In this document: positions 1 to 9,801 of the stretch, piece after piece
Layout: every line of letters starts with the position of its first letter
Numbering within the stretch: position 1 is the stretch's first letter
NCBI GenBank assembly: GCA_023244815.1
Contig: JAHFLQ010000001.1
Location: 31,037 to 95,036, forward strand
Reading direction: 5' to 3'
Length of the DNA: 64,000 bases
Source of the DNA: a bacterium
Lineage (GTDB): Bacteria > Patescibacteriota > Minisyncoccia > UBA6257 > WO2-44-18
Notes under the pieces: generated by a model
Seen by the model: the letters and a program-made list of their open reading frames with translations, nothing else
Databases searched by the model: none
Told to the model about the DNA's origin: nothing
Made by a program: the position numbers and the translations under genes

Positions 1-45
1 TCCAAAACCAGAAAGTTTTCGGGTTTCTGGAGGCCCAAAAATAAA

Positions 46-651
46 ATGAGAAACGAAGCTCAGAACGAATATATGATCCCGACTGTCATTGAACGCGTTC
101 CCGGCGGGGAGCGGGCTTTTGATATTTATTCCCGCCTGCTGAAGGAGCGGATTATTTTCTTAGGCGGGCCGATTTCCGATGGGCTGGCCAACGTGATTAT
201 TGCCCAGCTTCTGCATTTAGAGCATGAGGATCCAAAAAAGGACATCAAGCTCTATATCAACAGCCCGGGCGGTTCGGTGACCGCCGGTATGGCAATCTAC
301 GACGCGATGCAATATGTGAAGCCGGATGTTTCCACGGTTTGTATTGGCATGGCCGCGTCTATGGCGGCGGTTTTGCTTGCGGCTGGCAAGAAAGGCAAAC
401 GCATCGTTCTGCCGAACGCCGAAATTTTGCTCCACCAGGTGATGGGTGGCGCGGAAGGGCAAGCGATTGAAATCGAAATTACCGCCAAGCAGATCATCAA
501 GATGAAAAATAAATTAAGCCAGATTCTCGCCAAACACACCGGCCAGTCGCTCGCTAAAATTGAGAAGGACACCGATCGTGACTTTTATATGTCCGCCGAA
601 GAGGCAAGGGCCTACGGAGTAGTGGACGAGATAATCAAGGGCAAGAAATAA
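46..651 (+). CDS. clpP: ATP-dependent Clp protease proteolytic subunit
   Basis: [34 protein letters not shown] (catalytic Ser), [12 protein letters not shown] motifs. Confidence 0.97.
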   Translation: MRNEAQNEYMIPTVIERVPGGERAFDIYSRLLKERIIFLGGPISDGLANVIIAQLLHLEHEDPKKDIKLYINSPGGSVTAGMAIYDAMQYVKPDVSTVCIGMAASMAAVLLAAGKKGKRIVLPNAEILLHQVMGGAEGQAIEIEITAKQIIKMKNKLSQILAKHTGQSLAKIEKDTDRDFYMSAEEARAYGVVDEIIKGKK

Positions 652-733
652 CAGCTACTGGACTTTTTGTGTGTATTCTGCTAGTCTATTGTCTAGTCGT
701 TCTTTGATTTTTTGTGTTTCACTTTGACACCTA

Positions 734-1645
734 ATGGTGTCAAGAAAGGAGAATGCTTTGGATCCGGAGGGGCTGGTAGCCAAAAGCAGAGCTCGAACCC
801 AGTTTCTGACGAGTCTTTCTTTTACAGAACTGCGGGGGTTGTTGGCTTACCTAAGTGAAAAACCGGAAACTCCGGGACCAATGCCCGATAACTACGTCCG
901 CAGCTTTAGCGCGATAGCCGCTTTCTCGGATTTCAATATGCGCGAAATGTTTCCGATTGGAAAAATTTTCGACTGTTTCGGTATTGTAACAGTCTACTGT
1001 GAGGTGAAGGATAGTTATCGTGAGGGTTTTAGGCAATCCGACATTTCCCAACTGATCGAAAAAATAAAATCCCTGCTTGTTTCTGGTAAGATCAAGGCGG
1101 TCCCAGAATCAAAGCAGGAACCAAAGCCGGTGCTTAATTTGCCGACATTGGATCAAAAAGTAATTCTTAATCCTTCCACACCAGCAGGACCAATAGGGAA
1201 AAAGCCAAAACTGGCACCATTGGTGACGAGCGTAAGTGGTAAGCCGATAGTATTCAAAAGGGGGATAGGAGAAGTTTTGGTTAGTCGGCATGCCTGGGAG
1301 CGGTGGCTGGAGAGGATTTACAACATTCCGCCGGCAGAAACCTGGGGGCGTCCCTATTCCGAGGACGAATTGGTTCGACTGCAGCAAAGTTTTTTCGATA
1401 CGGTGAGGCAAAATCTTCCAGAGAAAGCTGCCTTTCGGCGTTTATTGAACAACAGCTGTCAGCCCGTGATTTACTTTTATAGCAACAAGGATCACGTCCG
1501 TTTTGTTGTTACCAACAGCAAGCCCCACTGTCTGCTAACGATAGAGGTGCCGAAAACCAGCAGACGATTGCAGGGCCAGTCCCATCTTCCTGGCTGGGTA
1601 CGGCGCTACAGAGAAAACTTAAAGAAAATTAAGCAACAGCCCTAA
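734..1645 (+). CDS. hypothetical protein; C-terminal region resembles a RelE/DUF4258-like fold
   Basis: 303-aa ORF ending in a terminator hairpin. VSRHAWERWLER and RFVV...LLTIE segments. True start may be the TTG after AAGGAG near 758. Confidence 0.6.
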   Translation: MVSRKENALDPEGLVAKSRARTQFLTSLSFTELRGLLAYLSEKPETPGPMPDNYVRSFSAIAAFSDFNMREMFPIGKIFDCFGIVTVYCEVKDSYREGFRQSDISQLIEKIKSLLVSGKIKAVPESKQEPKPVLNLPTLDQKVILNPSTPAGPIGKKPKLAPLVTSVSGKPIVFKRGIGEVLVSRHAWERWLERIYNIPPAETWGRPYSEDELVRLQQSFFDTVRQNLPEKAAFRRLLNNSCQPVIYFYSNKDHVRFVVTNSKPHCLLTIEVPKTSRRLQGQSHLPGWVRRYRENLKKIKQQP

Positions 1646-1659
1646 CGGGCTGTTTTTTT
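1635..1659 (+). terminator. intrinsic terminator overlapping stop codon
   Basis: AACAGCCC-TAAC-GGGCTGTT followed by a T-run. Confidence 0.75.
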
Positions 1660-1685
1660 ACTGATTTTTTAATTACAATTTAGCT

Positions 1686-2819
1686 ATGATCACAAGCGAG
1701 AAATTATTGAGCCATGGCGTGGAAGAGGTGATTGTCAAAGAACACTTGGAGGCCGCTTTGAAGTCCGACAAAAAATTGCGGATTAAATTTGGCGCCGACC
1801 CCACTGCGCCGGATTTGCATTTAGGTACGGCAGTAGTTTTGCGCAAGTTACGCGAGTTTCAGAATCTCGGGCATCAAGTAGTTTTTATAATCGGAGACTA
1901 TACCGCTAAAATCGGAGATCCCTCCGGCCGGTCCAAGGCGCGCCCGCCGCTGACGGACGCGGAAATCAAAGCCAACGCCAAGACCTATTTCCAGCAGGTC
2001 GGGAAAATTTTGGATGTTAAAAAAGCCGAAATTCACCACAACAGCGAGTGGTATAAAAAAGAAAAATTTGATTTCGCCATTGGGCTGATGGCGAAATTCA
2101 CGATCCAACGGATATTGGAGCGCGATGATTTTCAGAAAAGAATTAAAGATGGTGTGGAGGTATACGAACACGAAACTTTGTACCCAATGATGCAGGCCTA
2201 TGACTCGATGATGGTGAAGGCTGATGTGGAAATAGGCGGCAACGATCAAAAGTTTAATATGCTGACCGGACGGGATTTACAACGGCATATGGGTTTGCCG
2301 GAGCAGGATGTGATTACTGTGCCGCTACTGGTGGGCATCGATGGGCACAAGAAAATGTCCAAATCTGCTGGAAATTATATCGGCATTACCGAAGGCGCGA
2401 CCGTGATGTTCGGAAAAATTATGAGCGTTCCCGACACTTTGATTAACCAATATTACGAGCTTTGCACTAACACAGCCCGTTCTATTGAAGACCCGCGCGA
2501 AGCGAAGCTGGAACTCGCTAAAATTATTACCGGGACGTACCACAATGCAAAATTGGCCGAAAAAGCGAAAGAAGAATTTGTCCGGGTTTTTTCTAAACAT
2601 GGAAAGCCGAGTAAGCGACCGGTTGTAAAATCGGCCGGTGGACTGTCGCTCGTTGATGGGATGGTTAAGGCCGGAGCCGCCTCCAGTAAAGGCGAAGCTA
2701 GGAGGCTGGTGGAGCAGGGCGGTGTGGAGATAAATAACAAGAAGGCCACGAATCCGAGCGAAACGATTCCTGCCGGAGCTACCGTAAAGGTCGGCAAGCA
2801 TTATTATTTTGATACATAA
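1686..2819 (+). CDS. tyrS: tyrosine--tRNA ligase
   Basis: GADPTAPDLHLG (HIGH-like), YPMMQAYD, GGNDQKFN, KMSKS, C-terminal S4-like domain. Confidence 0.96.
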   Translation: MITSEKLLSHGVEEVIVKEHLEAALKSDKKLRIKFGADPTAPDLHLGTAVVLRKLREFQNLGHQVVFIIGDYTAKIGDPSGRSKARPPLTDAEIKANAKTYFQQVGKILDVKKAEIHHNSEWYKKEKFDFAIGLMAKFTIQRILERDDFQKRIKDGVEVYEHETLYPMMQAYDSMMVKADVEIGGNDQKFNMLTGRDLQRHMGLPEQDVITVPLLVGIDGHKKMSKSAGNYIGITEGATVMFGKIMSVPDTLINQYYELCTNTARSIEDPREAKLELAKIITGTYHNAKLAEKAKEEFVRVFSKHGKPSKRPVVKSAGGLSLVDGMVKAGAASSKGEARRLVEQGGVEINNKKATNPSETIPAGATVKVGKHYYFDT

Positions 2820-2827
2820 TAAATTCA

Positions 2828-3121
2828 ATGAGCATAGAGAATCCAAAATTTGATCAAGGCCCGGAAGAAAATCCATCAGAAATGGTGGAAGAGGCGTTGC
2901 GTAAACTCAAAGAAGCTAAAAACTTGGCCTCTCCGGAGTTACGGAAAGAAATAGAGAAGATAGAGATTTTAGAAGGCGTTGGAGTGGAAAGCGTTCAGGA
3001 AGTTGAAGATATTTTAGGTGGCATTGAGGCTAGTCTTGAAGCGGACCCGGAAAACAAAGAGTTACTTGACCAGAAGACCTATTTTGCGGAAGTATTAAAG
3101 CAAATAAACGAATTAAAATGA
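2828..3121 (+). CDS. small acidic hypothetical protein
   Basis: 97-aa Glu-rich helical ORF directly after tyrS. Confidence 0.65.
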   Translation: MSIENPKFDQGPEENPSEMVEEALRKLKEAKNLASPELRKEIEKIEILEGVGVESVQEVEDILGGIEASLEADPENKELLDQKTYFAEVLKQINELK

Positions 3122-3336
3122 ATTTCGAAAATCCTGAATTAGAAAAGATAGAAGAACTTTGGAATAATCTATCCGAGGAAAAGAAAGAAAATTTAGAGAC
3201 GGGTCTTGGCATAGAAGAGGCAGAAACCCTTCATTTTTTGCTAAGCGGTGTGGAGATGACCAGCGATTCGCCCGACGCGGTTATTCTCTCTGACGAAGAG
3301 ATTGCAGAGAAGGTGCACGCTTTACTGGAAATGTAG
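3118..3336 (+). CDS. small acidic hypothetical protein
   Basis: 72-aa Glu-rich ORF overlapping the previous ORF; N-terminus MNFENPE resembles MSIENPK. Confidence 0.6.
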   Translation: MNFENPELEKIEELWNNLSEEKKENLETGLGIEEAETLHFLLSGVEMTSDSPDAVILSDEEIAEKVHALLEM

Positions 3337-3396
3337 CCGGTACCCCCTACTAGACCTTCTCACATTAAAAAAACAGCCCCGATGAGCATCGGGGCC

Positions 3397-3594
3397 TTAT
3401 ATTATCCTTTTTTGCTGTTCCAATATTTCATCGAGCTTTTTATTCACTGCAATAAGCGCTTCATCACTCATTTCGGAGGCATGTCCCAATATTTCTTTGA
3501 GCGCTTCCAGCTTCGCTTCAAAATCGTCGTGCAACTCTTGAGTCACCGGTTTGGATCCCTTTGATTCTATAGGAGGCTTCTCCAATTTAGGCAT
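3397..3594 (-). CDS. small hypothetical protein (65 aa, MPKLEKPPIE...)
   Basis: ATG at 3594; protein-like helical composition. The longer ORF-track extension runs into the tRNA-linked repeat. Confidence 0.55.
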   Translation of the reverse strand: MPKLEKPPIESKGSKPVTQELHDDFEAKLEALKEILGHASEMSDEALIAVNKKLDEILEQQKRII

Positions 3595-3630
3595 GTCGTT
3601 ATTTAAGCAAAATTTTTGGTTTTTGGCAAG

Positions 3631-3810
3631 TGGATCGGGGTACGAGAACACGGGTTTCGCTCCGCTCAACCTCGAACCTCCCGCGGCACCCCGGCCCCCG
3701 TCTCGGACACCTTCTGGTTTCCGAGCGCCTTCCAACACGGGGTGCCGCTACGTTCGATTCCCAAACCATCATTCGAATTTATAAAACCCCAGCAAGCGGG
3801 GTTTTATAAA
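3631..3810 (-). repeat. tRNA-Gly-linked structured element
   Basis: 3631-3648 is a 16/18 direct copy of the tRNA 3' end and flank (3811-3828). GC stem GCGGCACCCCG/CGGGGTGCCGC, inverted T-loop GTTCGATTC near 3762, terminator-like hairpin 3778-3810. Confidence 0.75.
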
Positions 3811-3813
3811 TTG

Positions 3814-3884
3814 AGCGGGGTACGAGAATCGAACTCGCATCTCTACCTTGGCAAGGTAGCGTATTGCCACTATACTAACCCCGC
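3814..3884 (-). tRNA. tRNA-Gly(GCC)
   Basis: GCGGGGTTAGTATAGTGGCAATACGCTACCTTGCCAAGGTAGAGATGCGAGTTCGATTCTCGTACCCCGCT cloverleaf. Confidence 0.95.
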
Positions 3885-3906
3885 ATTGCCAGCTTTATTC
3901 TACAAT

Positions 3907-4089
3907 TTACTTAACTGGCGGCAAGTCAGATGGGCCGGTGGTGGACGGAGCGTTGGTCGGACTGTTAACGCTAGCCTCGGTATTGGCTTGGTTAACCGTC
4001 TGCCGAGTCGTCGAACCCAAAAAACTATAGCTCGCTACTAAGCCCAAGATCACTATTGAGATAAAAACTATTTTTAACAGATTTTTCAT
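3907..4089 (-). CDS. small secreted or membrane-anchored protein (60 aa)
   Basis: MKNLLKIVFISIVILGLVASYSF signal/TM segment followed by an S/T/P-rich tail. Confidence 0.6.
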   Translation of the reverse strand: MKNLLKIVFISIVILGLVASYSFLGSTTRQTVNQANTEASVNSPTNAPSTTGPSDLPPVK

Positions 4090-4180
4090 CGCTTGCTGAT
4101 TATGATAAGATAAATTATAATAAAACGCAACTAAAGGGCTTGGCCCAAGAGCGCGAAGCACGATTGGTTGCCAAACCTTT

Positions 4181-4287
4181 ACCCCGTTAGATAGCGGCCA
4201 ATCCATGAATAATCTACCACTTAAGAAACCAGAAAATAATCGTCGTATGGGTAAAAGCTATGTAGCCTTTTCCGCATCTAACGGGGT
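4181..4287. mobile_element. CCCGTTAGA-family inverted-repeat element, copy A (107 bp)
   Basis: ACCCCGTTAGATAGCGG ... CCGCATCTAACGGGGT terminal inverted repeats. Confidence 0.75.
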
Positions 4288-4350
4288 GCTCAATTTTGTA
4301 GCTAAATTTTCTTCGCTACAGTTGAGCTCGAAAATTTAGACAAAATTCGC

Positions 4351-6189
4351 ATGAAGAAATCGTTTTTTACAAACATTTTCTGGGCAGTAGTTGGCTTAAT
4401 GACGATTGCGCTTCTTTTTTCCGTTTTGTCCCAGTCGGGCGAGCCATCAGCGCATCTTACCGTCGATGGATTAGTTGCTAAAATTAATGCTGGGCAAGTA
4501 GAGAAAGTTACCGTTAACGGCAACAATCTTTCCATTGTACTGAAGGGGGGAGAGAAGGCGACCGCCAGAAAGGAAACCGAATCCGGCCTCACGGAAACTC
4601 TCAAAAATTATGGCGTAGATCCAAAAGCTCTGCAGGCGGTTTCTTTGGATTTTGAAGACGAGTCTGGGTTGAAATTCTGGCTGGGTATTCTTGTGCCGAC
4701 CATTCTGCCGCTCCTGATTATCGGCGTAATGTTTTGGCTGATTTTTCGGCGGTCGCAATCCGGGGCCTCGCAGGCGTTTACTTTCGGAAAGGCCAACCTG
4801 CGGCTTTTCGGGGCTTTTAAAGACAGGGCGAATTTTAAAGACGTCGCTGGGTTAAAGGAAGCCAAGCAGGAGCTGGAGGAGGTAGTGGATTTTCTTAAAA
4901 ACCCCAAAAAATACCTGGAAATCGGCGCCCGCATTCCCCGCGGTGTTTTGTTAATGGGCCAACCCGGTACTGGAAAAACCTTACTTGCCCGCGCCGTGGC
5001 CGGAGAAGCGAATGTTCCATTTTTCCACATTTCCGCGTCTGAATTCGTGGAAATGTTTGTGGGCGTCGGCGCCTCACGCACCCGAGACGCCTTTATGACC
5101 GCGAAAAAAGCCGCGCCGGCCATTTTATTCATTGATGAAATAGACGCTGTCGGAAGGGAGCGTGGGGCGGGTATCGGCGGCGGACACGATGAACGGGAAC
5201 AAACCCTCAACCAGATTCTAGTGGAAATGGACGGTTTCGAGCGGGATACTCGAGTGATTGTGATTGCCGCTACCAACCGGCCGGATATTTTGGACCGAGC
5301 GCTCCTGCGGCCGGGCCGGTTTGACCGACGGGTCGTTTTGGATCTGCCGGATATTAACGATAGGGAGGCGATTTTGAAAGTCCATGCTCGTGGCAAAGCG
5401 CTGGATAAGAACGTAGATTTGCGCCGCGTGGCGGTGCGGACGCCGGGATTTTCCGGTGCCGATCTGGCTAATCTAATGAACGAAGCGGCAATTCTTGCGG
5501 CTCGCAATAATCGTAAATTAGCCAGCCAGCAAGACCTGCTCGAATCCATCGAAAAGGTGATTCTTGGCCCGGAGCGCAAGGGACGGGCGATTTCGGAAAA
5601 AGAAAAGAAAATTACTGCCTACCACGAAGCTGGCCATGCATTGGTGGCGGTTAGCCTGAAAGACGCCGATCCGGTTCAGAAGGTGTCAATTATCAGCCGC
5701 GGTTCCGCCGGTGGTTATACGCTTAAATTACCCTTTGAAGAGAGTCGTTTACACACCAAATCCCAGTTTGTCGCCGATCTGGCCATGATGTTTGGCGGTT
5801 ATGCTTCGGAAAAAATGGTTTTCGGCGATATTACTACCGGCGCCTCCAACGATCTTAAGCAGGCGTCGGAGTTGGCGCGTCTGTTAGTGACTAAATATGG
5901 CATGAGCGAAAGGCTGGGGCCGCTGACTTTTGGCAAAACCGAGGAGTTGATATTTTTAGGCAAAGAAATTGGTTCCGAGCGGAATTATTCGGAAAAAGTA
6001 GCCGCAAAAATAGATGAAGAAGTTACGGGGATTGTTGAACGCGCTCATCAATTAGCCAAGAAGATTATTAATACTCGCAAGAAGGTCTTGGATGCGATTG
6101 CCCGCGCTTTGATAGAAAAAGAAACGTTGGAGCATGAAGATTTTTACGCGCTCCTGAAGCCTTTTAATTTAAAACCGCTCTCTATTTAG
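4351..6189 (+). CDS. ftsH: ATP-dependent zinc metalloprotease FtsH
   Basis: Two TM segments, Walker [27 protein letters not shown]. Confidence 0.97.
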   Translation: MKKSFFTNIFWAVVGLMTIALLFSVLSQSGEPSAHLTVDGLVAKINAGQVEKVTVNGNNLSIVLKGGEKATARKETESGLTETLKNYGVDPKALQAVSLDFEDESGLKFWLGILVPTILPLLIIGVMFWLIFRRSQSGASQAFTFGKANLRLFGAFKDRANFKDVAGLKEAKQELEEVVDFLKNPKKYLEIGARIPRGVLLMGQPGTGKTLLARAVAGEANVPFFHISASEFVEMFVGVGASRTRDAFMTAKKAAPAILFIDEIDAVGRERGAGIGGGHDEREQTLNQILVEMDGFERDTRVIVIAATNRPDILDRALLRPGRFDRRVVLDLPDINDREAILKVHARGKALDKNVDLRRVAVRTPGFSGADLANLMNEAAILAARNNRKLASQQDLLESIEKVILGPERKGRAISEKEKKITAYHEAGHALVAVSLKDADPVQKVSIISRGSAGGYTLKLPFEESRLHTKSQFVADLAMMFGGYASEKMVFGDITTGASNDLKQASELARLLVTKYGMSERLGPLTFGKTEELIFLGKEIGSERNYSEKVAAKIDEEVTGIVERAHQLAKKIINTRKKVLDAIARALIEKETLEHEDFYALLKPFNLKPLSI

Positions 6190-6261
6190 TCGGCCCGGCA
6201 GGGATCGAACCTGCGACCCGCCGCTTATAAGACGGCTGCTCTGCCACTGAGCTACGGGCCG
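6190..6261 (-). tRNA. tRNA-Ile(TAT)
   Basis: CGGCCCGTAGCTCAGTGGCAGAGCAGCCGTCTTATAAGCGGCGGGTCGCAGGTTCGATCCCTGCCGGGCCGA; anticodon loop CT-TAT-AA. Confidence 0.92.
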
Positions 6262-6379
6262 ATATTTAAGGCCAATTTAGCACAAATCTTGAAAGCCGAA
6301 AAGCGCCCAACATTTTCTATGGGCATAATTCGGGGAGTTCCATTTTTTGCCGTATGGTATAATATACACAGCTTTAAAG

Positions 6380-8539
6380 ATGATTAAGCTGGAAACCGAA
6401 CTTCGGAATATAAAAGGAATCAACGAAAAGTTTTTGACTAAGCTGGACAAGCTGGAGATCAAAACTGTTCGGGATTTACTTTGGCACTTCCCTTTCCGTT
6501 ACGATGACTTTTCCAGCGTAGTGAAAATCGCTGATTTAAAAATAAATCAAGCGGCTACCATTAGGGGAGTAGTGAAAAAAATTTCTTTGCGGCGCTCTTG
6601 GCGCCGCAAGTTTGTTATTATTGAAGTCTTGGTGACCGACGAAACCGGCGGCATCAAGGCGATTTGGTTTAATCAGCCCTATATCGCTAAAGTTCTGCGC
6701 GCCGGAATCCGGGTGAATTTTGCTGGTAAGGTGATTCTTTCCAATGAAGAATTAGTAATGCAAAGTCCGGCCTATGAGCCGGTTACGGCTACTACCCAGA
6801 CCAGGCATACCGCCGGTCTAATCCCGATTTATTCTGAGACCAAGGGACTGACTTCTAAGGGCTTCCGGTTTTTAATCTCAGCGATTCTCCGGGCGATGGA
6901 GTCGGTTAAAGATTTTATTCCCGAAGAAGTTTTGTCTAGTAACGAGATGCCCAATATTATGACCGCGCTCCGCAATATTCATTTTCCGCTGAATATGGGG
7001 CAGGCAGAAAGAGCGAGAGAAAGGTTCGCTTTTGCCGATCTATTTCTGCTTCAGCTGACTAACTTAAAAAATCGCATCGCGCTTTCGCGCGAGAAAGCGC
7101 CGCCATTGGTAATCGATGCAGTCTGGACGAACGAAGTTATTTCCAAATTGCCCTTTGTCCTAACCGAAGCCCAGCGGCGGAGTCTGGACGAGGTCTTGGC
7201 CGATCTTAGAAAATCCCAACCGATGAACCGTCTTTTACAGGGCGATGTCGGCTCTGGGAAGACAGTCGTGGCGGCGATTGCCGGTTTTGCCGCGGCCGAG
7301 AATGGAAAGCAGACGGCCTTTATGGCGCCCACTGAAGTGCTGGCGCGCCAGCACTACAAAACGTTTGCCAAAATTTTCAAAAATATGGCAATTGGCACCG
7401 GAATTTTGATGGGCGGTGAGACCCGCGCTTATTACGGCGATGATTTGGAGGCAAAGGTCAGCCGCAGCAAGCTTTTAGCAGAAGTGGAAAGCGGAAAGAT
7501 AAAAATTCTAATCGGCACTCACGCGCTGATTTCCGGCGGCAAAACTCGGAAGCCCGCCCAGTTCAAAGATTTAGCATTGGCCATTGTTGATGAACAGCAC
7601 CGGTTCGGCGTGGATCAGCGCGCCGCGCTGGTGAAGCAGGAAAAGACCCCCGGCGAAGAGACCACCGTCCATTTCTTATCCATGAGCGCGACGCCGATTC
7701 CGCGCACACTCGCGCTGACTGTTTTTGGCGATCTCGATTTGTCGATTATTGACGAATTGCCGGTTGGCCGGAAGCAAATCATTACCAAAATCGTGTCGCC
7801 GGCTAATCGCCAAAAAGCTTATGATTTTATCCGACAGCAGGTCAAAGCCGGACGGCAGGTGTTTGTAATCTGTCCGCGCATCGCGGCCGCGGAAGCTGAA
7901 GGGGAGGCGGTGGAAGACGAGCCACGCGATAAACGAAAAGATCTTTGGGCGGAAGTAAAGAACGTCACCGAAGAATATGAACGGCTGTCCAAATCGGTAT
8001 TTCCGGATCTGCGGATAGCGATGCTGCACGGGAAATTAAAAAGCACCGAGAAAGCTAAGCTAATGTCCGATTTTTCCGCCGGCCATACGGATATTCTGGT
8101 TTCTACCTCAGTGATAGAGGTTGGAGTGGACGTTCCGAATGCGACCATCATGATGATTGAAGGCGCGGATCGTTTTGGCCTCGCCCAGCTGTATCAGTTT
8201 CGCGGACGGGTCGGTCGGAGCGATCATCAGTCATATTGTCTGCTCTTCACCGATTCCACCGCGGAAACCACGCAGAGCCGTCTAAACGCTCTTCTCAAAG
8301 CCAAAAACGGATTTGAATTGGCGGAACAGGACCTGGCGCTTCGCGGCCCCGGAGAATTTATCGGTGATAAACAGACGGGCATTCCGGATCTCGCGATGAA
8401 GTCGCTCAATAACATGGAATTGGTCAAAGCCGCTCGCGATGCCGCCGCCAGCATTGTTAAAAAGGATGCCGAACTTTCCGGTTATCCTGCTCTTCGCGCC
8501 CAGCTGGCTAGTTTCCAACAACAAATTCACTTAGAGTAA
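6380..8539 (+). CDS. recG: ATP-dependent DNA helicase RecG
   Basis: OB wedge domain, LLQGDVGSGKT, DEQHRFG, MSATPIPRT, QFRGRVGR, RGPGE; ATG at 6380. Confidence 0.96.
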   Translation: MIKLETELRNIKGINEKFLTKLDKLEIKTVRDLLWHFPFRYDDFSSVVKIADLKINQAATIRGVVKKISLRRSWRRKFVIIEVLVTDETGGIKAIWFNQPYIAKVLRAGIRVNFAGKVILSNEELVMQSPAYEPVTATTQTRHTAGLIPIYSETKGLTSKGFRFLISAILRAMESVKDFIPEEVLSSNEMPNIMTALRNIHFPLNMGQAERARERFAFADLFLLQLTNLKNRIALSREKAPPLVIDAVWTNEVISKLPFVLTEAQRRSLDEVLADLRKSQPMNRLLQGDVGSGKTVVAAIAGFAAAENGKQTAFMAPTEVLARQHYKTFAKIFKNMAIGTGILMGGETRAYYGDDLEAKVSRSKLLAEVESGKIKILIGTHALISGGKTRKPAQFKDLALAIVDEQHRFGVDQRAALVKQEKTPGEETTVHFLSMSATPIPRTLALTVFGDLDLSIIDELPVGRKQIITKIVSPANRQKAYDFIRQQVKAGRQVFVICPRIAAAEAEGEAVEDEPRDKRKDLWAEVKNVTEEYERLSKSVFPDLRIAMLHGKLKSTEKAKLMSDFSAGHTDILVSTSVIEVGVDVPNATIMMIEGADRFGLAQLYQFRGRVGRSDHQSYCLLFTDSTAETTQSRLNALLKAKNGFELAEQDLALRGPGEFIGDKQTGIPDLAMKSLNNMELVKAARDAAASIVKKDAELSGYPALRAQLASFQQQIHLE

Positions 8540-8608
8540 GTTGATATTTTGCCAAATTTCGACTTTTCTATTACAGTATCTATACTTAACTTAGCAATAG
8601 ATCGGAGC

Positions 8609-8680
8609 GCTCTCATCGTCTAATGGCTAGGACGTATCCCTTTCACGGATAAAATTCGGGTTCGATTCCCGATGAGAGCA
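8609..8680 (+). tRNA. tRNA-Glu(TTC)
   Basis: GCTCTCATCGTCTAATGGCTAGGACGTATCCCTTTCACGGATAAAATTCGGGTTCGATTCCCGATGAGAGCA. Confidence 0.93.
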
Positions 8681-8685
8681 CAACT

Positions 8686-9717
8686 ATGCGAATTTTAGCG
8701 ATCGAAACCAGCTGTGACGAAACCTCTGTGGCGTTAGTTGAGGCAAGCGGGGGATTAAGAAATCCGCGCTTTCGAGTTTTAAAAAACATTGTTTCGTCGC
8801 AGATTGAAGCGCATCGGCCATTCGGCGGCGTGGTGCCGATGCTGGCGAAACGCGAACATCTCCATAACCTACCCAAAATTTGGAAACAACTTTCCAAGAC
8901 AGAGCTAAGGCTTGATGAGATTGCTATCACCGTCGGCCCCGGGCTTTCGCCGGCGCTTTGGGCGGGTATAGAATTTTCAAAAACTTTAGCGAAAGAATTA
9001 AAAAAGCCGCTGATCGGCGCGAATCACATGGAAGGACACCTATACTCCAATTGGTTGTCACCAATGGGAAAATTTAAAAATTTAAATATTAAAGGTAAAA
9101 AAGTTAGGGTTAAATTTCCGGCGGTGGCGCTAGTGGTAAGCGGTGGGCACACCATTCTTCTAGCTATGAAATCACTGACCAGCTGGAAAAAGCTTGGCGA
9201 AACGCTTGATGACGCCGCCGGTGAGGCATTCGATAAAGTAGCGCGGATGTTAGATTTGCCATATCCGGGCGGGCCGGAAATAGAAAAACTGGCCAAGAAG
9301 GGGAATTCTAAGGCAGTCAACTTTCCTCGTCCGATGCTTCGTGATAAAAGCTATGACTTTAGTTTCTCCGGTCTGAAAACCTCCGTACTTTATTACATCC
9401 GCGACCATCCTAAAGCCAAGAAAACTGATTTAGCCGCCTCTTTCCAGCAGGCCGTTCTGGATGTGTTGGTCGGCAAGACAACACGAGCGGCACGTGAATA
9501 TGGAGCTAAATCGGTCCTGCTTTCCGGCGGTGTTTCGGCCAACCAAGCTTTGCAAATGGCTCTTCGTGAAGCTACCGAGAAAACTGGAGCGGAATTTTTT
9601 GTGCCGAATTCTCAGTTCAATACCGACAATGCCGCCATGATCGCCGCCGCCGCCTATATTCAGAAACTGCGCAAGAAAAGTCTGAAACTGGAAGCACAAC
9701 CAAATTTGAATCTATAA
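8686..9717 (+). CDS. tsaD: tRNA threonylcarbamoyltransferase subunit TsaD
   Basis: IETSCDET, NHMEGH, SGGHT, DDAAGEAFDK, FSFSGLKT, TDNAAMIA. Confidence 0.96.
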   Translation: MRILAIETSCDETSVALVEASGGLRNPRFRVLKNIVSSQIEAHRPFGGVVPMLAKREHLHNLPKIWKQLSKTELRLDEIAITVGPGLSPALWAGIEFSKTLAKELKKPLIGANHMEGHLYSNWLSPMGKFKNLNIKGKKVRVKFPAVALVVSGGHTILLAMKSLTSWKKLGETLDDAAGEAFDKVARMLDLPYPGGPEIEKLAKKGNSKAVNFPRPMLRDKSYDFSFSGLKTSVLYYIRDHPKAKKTDLAASFQQAVLDVLVGKTTRAAREYGAKSVLLSGGVSANQALQMALREATEKTGAEFFVPNSQFNTDNAAMIAAAAYIQKLRKKSLKLEAQPNLNL

Positions 9718-9801
9718 CACTTACTAAACGATCGTCTAGTAAGTGTTATGCCTGTGGATAACTAGACATTGCGCTAGCCGAGTGTCGCCGTATAATGAAA
9801 T

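Noticed and set aside
1642-1650. CTAACGGG match to the inverted-repeat family
   Set aside because: It is the loop and arm of an ordinary terminator and has no partner repeat.
4608-5579. Long antisense ORFs (also 58557..59501, 54060..54668, 55044..55643, 25037..25693)
   Set aside because: These are shadows of well-supported genes on the opposite strand and have no recognisable motifs.
9753-9761. Perfect DnaA box (TGTGGATAA) as a possible oriC
   Set aside because: It is a single box, with no cluster and no dnaA/dnaN nearby.
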